Origin: an uncultured delta proteobacterium
GTDB lineage: Bacteria > Desulfobacterota > Binatia > UBA9968
Assembly (NCBI GenBank): GCA_963737905.1
Contig: CAVTUQ010000017.1
Span: 12,272-76,271, forward strand
Length of the DNA stretch: 64,000 bases
Direction of reading: 5' to 3'
Positions 10,566-18,977 of the stretch are shown in pieces. Positions within the stretch are counted from its first letter, which is position 1, and each line of letters begins with the position of its first letter. Both the position numbers and the translations under genes were made by a program. A model generated the notes under the pieces. That model was not told the origin of the DNA. It saw only the letters and a list, made by a program, of their open reading frames with translations, and did not search any database.

Positions 10566-11510
10566 CGGCCATGGAGTTTGGACTCCACCTGCCGGCTTCC
10601 AGCTCGGGGGTCAATTCAGAAGATCTGATCCGGTTTGTTCAAAAGGCAGAAGCGCTGGGCTTTTACTGCATTACTGTCGCCGATCACATTATTGTCCCCA
10701 AAAGTATATCCATCCCCTATCCTTACACCATCGACGGCAAGTATCCCGGCACGGGTTACCACCTGGAAACATTGACGACCATGTCCTTTCTCGCCGGTGC
10801 CACAGAGCGTATCCGGTTTATCACCAGCGTCATGATCGCACCTTACCGCAATCCGGTGATTACGGCCAAGATGCTCGCAAGCCTCGACGTTCTTTCGCAG
10901 GGCAGGGTGATCGTTGGCTTGGGCGTGGGCTGGATGAAGGAAGAATTCGACAACCTGAAGGCGCCACCGTTTAACGAACGCGGCCGGGTAACGGACGAAT
11001 ACATCAAAGCCTTCAGAGAACTTTGGACCCAAGAAAAGCCGTTGCTTTAACGGCAAGTACTGCAACTTTTCCGACATCATCTTTCTGCCCAAGCCGGTGC
11101 AAAAACCAACCATTCCGATCTGGATCGGCGGCCACAGCAAACAAGCGCTGCGCCGCGCCGGTGAATTGGGCGACGGCTGGCATCCCATCGGCGGTGTGCC
11201 AACCATTCCTTTGGAGCCGGAAGATGTGGTGCGAGATTTGGAGATGCTGGCGGGCTACGCCCAAAAGGCGGGAAGAAACCCTAAACACATCCGCGTCGCT
11301 CTAAAAGGCTCGCTGTTCGATCGCGAAAAGCAAACCACGCCTGGTAAGCGAAGGAGATTTCTCGGCAATGCAGAGGAGATCGCCTCCGACATTCGGGATT
11401 ACCGCCAGGCGGGCATCGATACCATGATCTTCGACGTGCGGCGTCCGACTCCCGCAGAGACCCTCGAGCGCATGGAGTGGATGGCGAAAGAAGTGATTGC
11501 GAAGGTATAG
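10562..11510 (+). CDS. LLM-class (probably F420-dependent) oxidoreductase, frameshifted near 11042
   Basis: ADHI..P...YPY, GLGVGWMKEEF in ORF 10562-11050, continuing as FNGKY...PIWIGGHS..ALRRAGELGDGW in another frame. Confidence 0.85.
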
Positions 11511-11590
11511 ACTGTTGGAAGTGTTTCACCTTGGCGAACACTTTGCGTCTTTGCGGGAGTCATAGTTTCCCTTAATAAAGATCAATCATC

Positions 11591-12604
11591 ATGCGTTTCT
11601 ACATCAACATCCTGACCACTTATTATCCCGATCTCGATCCGCCCTACGACGTTTACTATCAGCAGATTCTCGAGCAAATCGAGCTCGCCGAAGAGTTGGG
11701 CTGGGAATGTTTCATGTTCAACGAGCACCATTTCCTCGGCTACGGCGGCCTCGTCGCCAACCCCGCAGTGCTGCTGGCCGCCGCCGCGGCGCGCACCTCG
11801 CGCATTCGCTTGGGTCCCTGCATCGCGATTCTGCCGTTACGCCATCCGCTGCAGAGCGCCGAAGACTACGCTATGGTGGATGCGGTTTCAGGTGGCAGGC
11901 TGGAGTTCGGTATCGGCTCCGGCAATACGCCTTTGGATTATCACGTGTTCGATATCGAGAGGGAGGAGGGGCAGGCGAGGATGGAAGAAGCGCTGGAGAT
12001 CATTCTCAAAGCTTGGCGTAGCGAACGTTTCAGCCACGAAGGGAAGTTCTGGCGCTTTCAGGAGATAACGCTCTACCCGAGGCCGGTGCAGCAACCGCAT
12101 CCGCCGATTTGGGTCGCAGGCACATCGGCGAGGACTCTGGAATGGGCGGGGCGCCGGGGGTATGACATTATGACGGTGGGCCATCCGCATCCACCGGAAA
12201 AAGTGGGTCCGGGTGTCGAGGCGTGGAAAAAAGCGTTAATCGAGAGTGGCATCGACCCAAAGGAGCGCCGTTGCCAGTTCCACACGAGAACTCACGTTAA
12301 CGAGAATAGCGAGCGTGCGCGCGACGTCGCCATGGCGGCGGTCACTCGCTACGACGCGATTTCCAGAATCGGTCGCAGATCAGTAAAGCCCGAAACGGAC
12401 AACTATGATTGGGATGGGATGTTGGCAACCGGCCGAAATCTCTACGGCAATCCCGACCAGTGCATTGAGATCATTCACAACGCCATGCGTCATTACTATT
12501 TCAATATCTTGACTACAACTTTTAATTTCGGCGGCATCCCCCACGAAGAGATCAAAAAATCCATGCGTCTCTTCGCCCGAGAAGTGATGCCGGCCCTCCG
12601 CTAA
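11591..12604 (+). CDS. LLM-class flavin-dependent oxidoreductase
   Basis: EHHF, AAAARTSRIRLG, GGRLEFGIG, PVQQPHPPIWVA, MRLFAREVMP. Confidence 0.9.
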   Translation: MRFYINILTTYYPDLDPPYDVYYQQILEQIELAEELGWECFMFNEHHFLGYGGLVANPAVLLAAAAARTSRIRLGPCIAILPLRHPLQSAEDYAMVDAVSGGRLEFGIGSGNTPLDYHVFDIEREEGQARMEEALEIILKAWRSERFSHEGKFWRFQEITLYPRPVQQPHPPIWVAGTSARTLEWAGRRGYDIMTVGHPHPPEKVGPGVEAWKKALIESGIDPKERRCQFHTRTHVNENSERARDVAMAAVTRYDAISRIGRRSVKPETDNYDWDGMLATGRNLYGNPDQCIEIIHNAMRHYYFNILTTTFNFGGIPHEEIKKSMRLFAREVMPALR

Positions 12605-12676
12605 AATCGGTTTGTTGTCTTGAGCACTAGAGAATCATGCTTCTATTGGTAGGGGTGGATGTAGTACATTCCTCCC

Positions 12677-13663
12677 GTGCCGCGGAACGATCAGATAACC
12701 CGTCAGTGGCACTTGTTGCGGCGGCTCGAAAACACCCGGGGCCTGACTCTCTCGGAGCTTGTCGAAGCGGTCCCTGACGATTACCCAAAGAACGATCGCA
12801 CGGTTCGGCGGGATTTAGAGGCGCTGGAAGCGGTCGGTTTTCCGCTCGTGACAGAACACCACAATGGGCAGACACGCTGGCGGTTGATCGAGGGCTTCCG
12901 AAATATTCCCGCGCTCGGGTTTTCGGCTACGGAGCTGATGGCTCTGACTTTTAGCCGGAAACTACTCGAACCGTTACAAGGCACGGAGATTCAGTCAGCG
13001 CTCAACTCCGCATTGAACAAAGTCGCGAGCGCGTTACCGCCGCAGGCGCACGGGTATGTTCGCTCGCTCGATAACTTGTTTTCCATCGGCCTCGGCCCGC
13101 ACAAGAATTATCAGCAATACAAGACCATCGTCGACCTCATCACCCAAGCCATCGACAAAACTCGAACCGCACAGATCAGGTATTTCTCCGCATCGCGTAA
13201 CGCAACCAGTCGGCGGGAAGTCGGTCCTTATCGTCTCTGGTACGCTTCCGGCGGCCTCTACTTGATCGCCTATGACCACCTGCGAAAAGATGTGAGGATG
13301 TTCGCTGTCGAGCGGATTCGCTCCATCACTCTCACGGATCATCCGTATCAAATGCCGCTCGGCTTCGAGGTGGAGGAGTACGTCCAGGACGCGCTCATGA
13401 TTATGAGAGGACGGCGGATCGACGTGGAACTTCTCTTTTCCAAGAAAGTGGCGGCATGGATGAAGGACAAGCTCTGGCATGCCAGCCAGGAGGCGTTCCT
13501 CATGAAAGACGGACGGTTGAGAATGACCTTGAAGGTGGCGGACACCGATGAGCTTGTAGGCTGGATCTTGAGCTTTGGCAGCCAGGTCCGGGTCGTCAGC
13601 CCCGAAAGTCTGTGGAAAAAGGTGCGAGACGAAGCGAGAAAAATAGCGGGTTCAAAAGGATAA
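12677..13663 (+). CDS. WYL-domain transcriptional regulator (HTH-WYL-WCX; PafBC/DriD/YafY-like)
   Basis: N-terminal HTH (RTVRRDLEAL), WYL region (PYRL..GGLYLIAYDHLRKDVRMFAVERI), C-terminal WILSFG..V.V.SP. Confidence 0.92.
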   Translation: MPRNDQITRQWHLLRRLENTRGLTLSELVEAVPDDYPKNDRTVRRDLEALEAVGFPLVTEHHNGQTRWRLIEGFRNIPALGFSATELMALTFSRKLLEPLQGTEIQSALNSALNKVASALPPQAHGYVRSLDNLFSIGLGPHKNYQQYKTIVDLITQAIDKTRTAQIRYFSASRNATSRREVGPYRLWYASGGLYLIAYDHLRKDVRMFAVERIRSITLTDHPYQMPLGFEVEEYVQDALMIMRGRRIDVELLFSKKVAAWMKDKLWHASQEAFLMKDGRLRMTLKVADTDELVGWILSFGSQVRVVSPESLWKKVRDEARKIAGSKG

Positions 13664-13741
13664 GGTCGGAGACGGCGTCATTTTTAACTTTGAACTGAGC
13701 GAAGCAAACGGTTTCCCGATCGCATTTAACGCCCGGCTATT

Positions 13742-13757
13742 ACATCAAAAATGATGT
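13742..13757. promoter_or_regulatory. Putative antitoxin operator ACATCA-N4-TGATGT
   Basis: Perfect 6-bp inverted repeat 9 bp before the toxin start codon. Confidence 0.55.
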
Positions 13758-13766
13758 TGCATCCCT

Positions 13767-14120
13767 ATGGATTTCACAGTAGAGTTTTATGAGACGGAGA
13801 CGGGGAAGTGCCCGGTGCGAGAATTCCTGGACGAGTTGAAGGCCAGTGATCCGGACGATTTCGCGGCGGTGGTCGCCGGTCTGGCAAAACTGCGGAGCCG
13901 GCAATATCACCGGGAGCCGTTATCCAAGGCGCTCGGCGATGGGTTGTTTGAACTGCGCCACGTCGGCAAGCTTAATACCCGTGTGTTGTGGTTTTTCATG
14001 AAGAATCGCCGAATCGTTGCGCTGCACGGCATCCGCAATAAGAGGCGCGCGATACCGTCTCGCGATCTCAATACTGCGCGGGAGCGGATGCGTGACTGGC
14101 GGAAAAGAGCAGAACAATGA
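13767..14120 (+). CDS. RelE/ParE/HigB-family toxin (Gp49-like)
   Basis: VEFYET..GKCPVREFL, PLSKAL.DGLFELR, RVLWFF..RRIVALHG. Confidence 0.85.
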   Translation: MDFTVEFYETETGKCPVREFLDELKASDPDDFAAVVAGLAKLRSRQYHREPLSKALGDGLFELRHVGKLNTRVLWFFMKNRRIVALHGIRNKRRAIPSRDLNTARERMRDWRKRAEQ

Positions 14121-14497
14121 AAAAAACCAATTTCGACCGTTACCTCGAAAAGCAGTTGCAGGATCCGACGTTTGCCGCCCGTTTTAAGAACGCGGGCGAG
14201 GCGTGGGATGTCGCGCTGCAAATAGCCGCCCTTCGCGAGCAGGCCGGGCTTTCGCAAAAGGACCTCGCGAAGCTGCTCAAAACCTCGCAGCAGCAGATTA
14301 GCCGGCTTGAGTCGCCGGGCTACGAAGGCCACTCCCTCAGCACCCTGCGCCGCGTCGCCGGCGTCTTGCACGCCCGGGTGCGCATCGTATTCGAGCCGAC
14401 AAAAGTCACAAATGAGATGCATGTAGCCGAACCGCCAGGGCCATATCGCGCCAAGCGTGCTAAGGCTAAAAGAAAACAAACCGGAGTTGGTCCTTGA
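14117..14497 (+). CDS. XRE-family HTH antitoxin (HigA-like) with basic C-terminal tail
   Basis: LREQAGLSQKDLAKLLKTSQQQISRLES; ATGA overlap with the toxin gene. Confidence 0.88.
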   Translation: MKKTNFDRYLEKQLQDPTFAARFKNAGEAWDVALQIAALREQAGLSQKDLAKLLKTSQQQISRLESPGYEGHSLSTLRRVAGVLHARVRIVFEPTKVTNEMHVAEPPGPYRAKRAKAKRKQTGVGP

Positions 14498-14540
14498 ACC
14501 CGTTCGCCAGGCTCAGGGCAAGCTTTGAACATTGAACCAA

Positions 14541-14633
14541 CGCCAGGCCCTACGGAGCGAAGCGGTTGAACGGTTGGAACGACGTGAACGTTTTGAACGG
14601 TAGTTTTCTTGGCGATCGTGACCTTGGATGTCA
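14541..14633 (+). repeat. 93-bp direct repeat, copy 1
   Basis: cgccaggccctacg...gaagcggttgaac...gaacggtagttttcttgg.gatcgtgacct.ggatgtca; collinear with 15603-15695. Confidence 0.92.
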
Positions 14634-14650
14634 CTCGTATGTGGTAGAAA
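14618..14650 (+). promoter_or_regulatory. Putative WYL operator/promoter GTGAC-N7-GTCAC-N10-TAGAAA
   Basis: Palindrome at 14618-14634, -10-like box at 14645-14650, ATG at 14658 with no RBS (possibly leaderless). Confidence 0.6.
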
Positions 14651-14657
14651 TCACGGC

Positions 14658-15203
14658 ATGAGCGAGGAACTGGAGGTTTTGAAGGAGGTGGCGCGGCGCC
14701 TCGACCGCGTCAACATCGGCTACATGATTACCGGATCGATTGCGACAAACTTTTACACGGTCCCGCGCATGACTCGTGATATCGATATCGTCGTGGAGTT
14801 GTTCGAGCAAGACATTGGCCGATTCATTCCGCTCTTTGAAAACGACTATTATCTGGAACCGCAGACCGTCGGAGAAGCGGTTCGGAACAAAGGGATATTC
14901 AATCTGATTCATGATCAATACATCATCAAAATCGACTTCGTGGTACGGAAAGATACACTCTACCGGCGCCGCGAATTCTCCAGAAGAAGGAAAGTTACGG
15001 TCGATAATCAGGATCTCTTCGTCGTATCACCGGAGGATCTCATCCTATCCAAGCTGGACTGGGCGAAAGATTCGCGATCCGAAGTCCAGCTCAATGACGT
15101 GCGAAATCTCTTGAAGTCCGTCAAAAGGCTTAACCGAAGCTATCTTGCCCGCTGGGCAAAGGCATTGGGCATCGAATCCCTTTATCGCGAGGTGAGTAGG
15201 TGA
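14658..15203 (+). CDS. Pol-beta superfamily nucleotidyltransferase (DUF6036-like), putative toxin
   Basis: ITGSIA...PRMTRDIDIVV catalytic motif, KIDF, PEDLILSKL. Confidence 0.8.
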   Translation: MSEELEVLKEVARRLDRVNIGYMITGSIATNFYTVPRMTRDIDIVVELFEQDIGRFIPLFENDYYLEPQTVGEAVRNKGIFNLIHDQYIIKIDFVVRKDTLYRRREFSRRRKVTVDNQDLFVVSPEDLILSKLDWAKDSRSEVQLNDVRNLLKSVKRLNRSYLARWAKALGIESLYREVSR

Positions 15204-15631
15204 AAGACACGCCTTTGGCAATCGAACGGAAATTTCGAAAGATGCTGATGAAACGGTCCGGAGAGGAGCGTCTTAAGATGGGATGTTCGATGCATGGGAC
15301 CGCGCAGGCGCTTGCTAAAGCGTACATATCGCAGCAGCATCCGGGTGCTCATCCGGCTCAGTTCAAGCGGCTATTCTTTCTTCACTTTTACGGCCCAGAC
15401 TTTGAGCCCAAAGAGCGAAAACGAATCGCGGCAGCCTTGTCCGAGAAACCGCGCGTCCGCCGGAGTGCTGGAGCCGGGCAAGCCGGCAACGCGCAACCTA
15501 TCACGCCCAAGAATGCCGGCCATCGTGAAGGTTTCGCCGCGGGTGCGGTCCGGGAAAAACGCGAGACTTATGGAGCAAAGAGAAAAAGCAAAGCTAAACG
15601 ACCGCCAGGCCCTACGAAGCGAAGCGGTTGA
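15200..15631 (+). CDS. Small helical partner of the nucleotidyltransferase (putative antitoxin) with basic tail
   Basis: GTGA overlap with the NTase stop; MKDT...SGEERLKMGCSM...LFFLHFYG; stop codon lies inside direct repeat 2. Confidence 0.7.
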   Translation: MKDTPLAIERKFRKMLMKRSGEERLKMGCSMHGTAQALAKAYISQQHPGAHPAQFKRLFFLHFYGPDFEPKERKRIAAALSEKPRVRRSAGAGQAGNAQPITPKNAGHREGFAAGAVREKRETYGAKRKSKAKRPPGPTKRSG

Positions 15632-15695
15632 ACGTTTTGAACGGCTTGAACATTTTGAACGGTAGTTTTCTTGGTGATCGTGACCTCGGATGTCA
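15603..15695 (+). repeat. 93-bp direct repeat, copy 2
   Basis: Same length and collinear with 14541-14633, with about 10 substitutions. Confidence 0.92.
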
Positions 15696-15701
15696 AAATG
15701 G

Positions 15702-15735
15702 TGTGACCTGATCTGTCACAGAGGTACTGTAGAAT
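15702..15735 (+). promoter_or_regulatory. Putative WYL operator/promoter of the cas operon TGTGAC-N7-GTCACA, -10 TAGAAT
   Basis: Perfect palindrome at 15702-15720; TGTCAC(15714-15719)-N10-TAGAAT(15730-15735); 31 bp before the cas3 ATG. Confidence 0.68.
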
Positions 15736-15766
15736 CCAAATGTAAACTGCCAACAGAAAAAGACCA

Positions 15767-18261
15767 ATGGTGTCGTTCCCATATATTGCACATCAACGAA
15801 AACAGGATGGTGCCGAACAAAGTTTGGAAGAGCATCTATTCGGCGTTGCTGAAACAGCGAAATCTTTCGCGGCAAAGATTCGTTTAGAGGAGCAAGGTGA
15901 GCTAATCGGGCTGCTGCATGATTTGGGAAAATACAGCAAAGAATTTCAAATTTATTTCCGGTCCGCCGTTGGACTTATCAACCCGGATGAAGATGATTTC
16001 GTCGATGCGCGGGGACTAAAAGGAAAGGTAGATCATTCGACCGCTGGAGCTCAGCTTGTTTGGGAAGAACTCTCGACGCGAGGTCAGTTGGGGAAGATCG
16101 CCGGTCAAATCCTCGACTTGTGTATAGCGTCGCACCACTCTGGCTTGATCAACTGCCTTTCCTCCGATACCAAAAGCGTCGGCGCGGACGTTTTCGCAAA
16201 ACGGATGCAGAAGTTGGATGATCGAACCCACCTCCAGGAAGCCCGGCGCAACATGGACACGGTTATCGCCGAAAGATTCCGCGAGTTGGCTAATAATCCG
16301 AAAATAATTGACGGAATCAAAGAATCTATCCGGCAAGTGGCAATTTGCGATATTAGGTCAGGAATACGGCCCCACGAAAACCCAATCACGCAATTTAAAA
16401 CCGGTTTGCTCGTACGATTCCTCTTCAGTTGCCTGATCGATGCAGACCGCATCAATACAGCCGACTTCGAAAGCCCAGAAACCGCTGGGAAGCGGCTGAA
16501 TGGTAAGTATTCCGAATGGAATCTACTGATCGATCGGTTGGAATTGCATCTTCAGAAGTTCACAGACCAATACCCGATAGATGAATTCCGTCGTCGCATT
16601 TCGGACCAATGCAGTCAGAGTGCAACTCGGGATAAAGGCATATTCACGCTTACCGTACCAACTGGTGGCGGTAAGACGCTCGCCAGTCTTCGGTTTGCGC
16701 TACGCCATGCTCAACGGCACGAGATGGATCGGGTGGTTTATGTGATTCCGTTCACGTCTATCATCGACCAGAATGCTGACGTCGTGCGGAAGATTTTTGA
16801 ATCATCAGCGGATGGCGTAGAGCCAGGCAGTATCGTACTCGAACACCACTCGAATATTACGCCGGAAGAACAAACGTGGAAAAGTAAGATTCTGTCCGAG
16901 AACTGGGATGCGCCCGTTGTTTATACGACTAATGTTCAGCTATTAGAGACTTTTTCGGGGCCGGCACACGCGGAGCGCGGCGGATGCACCAGTTAGCCAA
17001 TGCCGTGATTGTCTTTGATGAAATCCAGACCCTTCCCGTCAATTGCATTCATCTGTTCTGTAACGCGGTCAATTTCCTTGTCGAACATTGCGGAAGTAGC
17101 GTCGTGCTGTGCACGGCCACACAACCACTGCTGAATCGTGTGGAACCGTCGAAGGGCGCGCTGCGCATGGTTGCAAATAGTGAAATCATGCCGGGCGTGG
17201 CGAAACTTTTTGAGGATTTGAAGCGGGTTGAGGTGGTGAATGGCAGAAAGCCCGGAGGCTGGACGAATGAGGAAATTGCCCGTCTTGCGCTGGACGAAGC
17301 GGATCAGAGTAATAGTTGTCTGGTGATTGTGAATACCAAGAAATCAGCGCAGGCGCTTTTTCAGCTCTGTGAAAGCGCGAAGCAAATGCCGACCTACCAC
17401 CTGAGCACAAACATGTGCGCCGCGCACCGCAAGAAGAGGCTTGGTGAAATTCGCGGACGTCTCGCTAACTCTGAGCGTCTTTTGTGTATCAGCACCCAAC
17501 TAATCGAAGCTGGAGTCGATATAGATTTTGGATCGGTAATTCGATTCATCGCGGGGATGGACTCTATCGCGCAAGCGGCTGGAAGGTGCAATCGTAATGG
17601 ACGTCCGAAGTTAGGTAGAGTGCATATCGTTAACCCATGCGCCGAAAACGTTGATATGCTCAAGGACATAAGCAGAGGAAGGGATACTACCGCGAGACTA
17701 CTTGATGAGTATGAGAAACAGCCCGCTAGATTTGGCAATGATTTGCTCGGACCCGACACGATGGGCTGGTATTTCAATTACTATTTTTTTGACCGGCGCG
17801 GAGACATGGATTACCCGGTTCGGGCTGGGACGCTTGGGCATGATGACACTCTACTCAATTTGCTCTCGGTCAATCCAAACGCAACCGAAGAGTTTCGTCG
17901 TTCCCATGGCGCGTCTCCCAATATGTATCTTCGCCAATCGTTCATGGCTGCGGCCAAGGCGTTCAAGTCAATCGATGCACCGACCAGAGGCGTAATTGTA
18001 CCGTATGGCGAAGAAGGCAAGGCTCTTATCAATGAATTATGCGCTGCCTTTGCAATTGAAAAACAGTTTGGGCTTCTGCGAAAGGCGCAGCAGTACACGG
18101 TCAACGTGTTTCCCCATGAGCTACAGCGACTACGGGACGCCCAGGCCGTGCACGAAGTGCAGGACGGTACGGACATTCTCTATCTTGATGCCCGTTATTA
18201 TAGCGATGAGTTCGGACTGAGCCTGACGCCCAACGGGGACATGGAGGTGTTATATGCCTGA
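15767..18261 (+). CDS. cas3: CRISPR-associated helicase/nuclease Cas3 (HD + SF2), single-base frameshift at 16951-16955
   Basis: [47 protein letters not shown]; adding one base restores the reading into [13 protein letters not shown]. Confidence 0.95.
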
Positions 18262-18976
18262 ATTGAATCGGAACATTATTCAGTTTCGCGTCTGGGGACG
18301 GTTCGCGCTTTTCACCGATCCAATAACCAAGATCGGTGGAGAAAAGTGCTCGTATCACATTCCAACCTACGAGGCGATTAAAGGTATCGCCAAGTCGATC
18401 TATTGGAAGCCCACGTTCGTTTGGGTCATTGACGAAGCGCGTGTCATGAAGCGTATTCGCACCCAAACGAAAGGAACTAAACCGTTGGAATACGGTGGTG
18501 GAAATACTTTAGCCATCTACACATTTCTGGCGGATGTCGAGTATCGGGTAAAGGCTCATTTCGAATGGAATATGCATCGGCCAGAGCTTGCAGATGACCG
18601 TAACGAATCGAAGCACCACATTATCGCTCAACGCATGTTGGAACGCGGCGGGCGGCAGGATATTTTTCTCGGCACTCGCGACTGCCAGGGCTATGTGGAA
18701 CCTTGCGAGTTCGGCTCTGGAGTCGGTTATTACGACAAGTCGGGAGAACTCGCGTACGGTGTGATGTTTCACGGGTTCGATTACCCCGATGAAACAGGGG
18801 ACGGCAAGCTTCACGCACGTTTCTGGCGACCAACCATGACCGATGGCGGGATTCGGTTCGCGCGGCCAGAGGATTGCACGATCAGAAAGTTTGTCAGGGA
18901 GATGACCGTGAAGGAATTCGATAAAAAAAGGAATTTCCGCAGCGTGGAATCCGAAGTTAGCGGATTGGAAGACTGA
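18254..18976 (+). CDS. cas5: Type I-C Cas5c (Cas5d) pre-crRNA processing protein
   Basis: [27 protein letters not shown]. Confidence 0.95.
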   Translation: MPELNRNIIQFRVWGRFALFTDPITKIGGEKCSYHIPTYEAIKGIAKSIYWKPTFVWVIDEARVMKRIRTQTKGTKPLEYGGGNTLAIYTFLADVEYRVKAHFEWNMHRPELADDRNESKHHIIAQRMLERGGRQDIFLGTRDCQGYVEPCEFGSGVGYYDKSGELAYGVMFHGFDYPDETGDGKLHARFWRPTMTDGGIRFARPEDCTIRKFVREMTVKEFDKKRNFRSVESEVSGLED

Positions 18977-18977
18977 T

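Noticed and set aside
14541-15695. Integron attC sites or IS ends as an explanation for the direct repeats
   Set aside because: No RYYYAAC/GTTRRRY box structure, terminal inverted repeats, integrase or transposase seen
15702-15720. CRP/FNR site upstream of cas3
   Set aside because: The spacing is TGTGA-N9-TCACA, not the N6 required for CRP
16940-16996. Natural split cas3 or programmed frameshift
   Set aside because: The break falls inside the helicase, not between the HD and helicase domains, and no slippery heptamer with a downstream structure is evident
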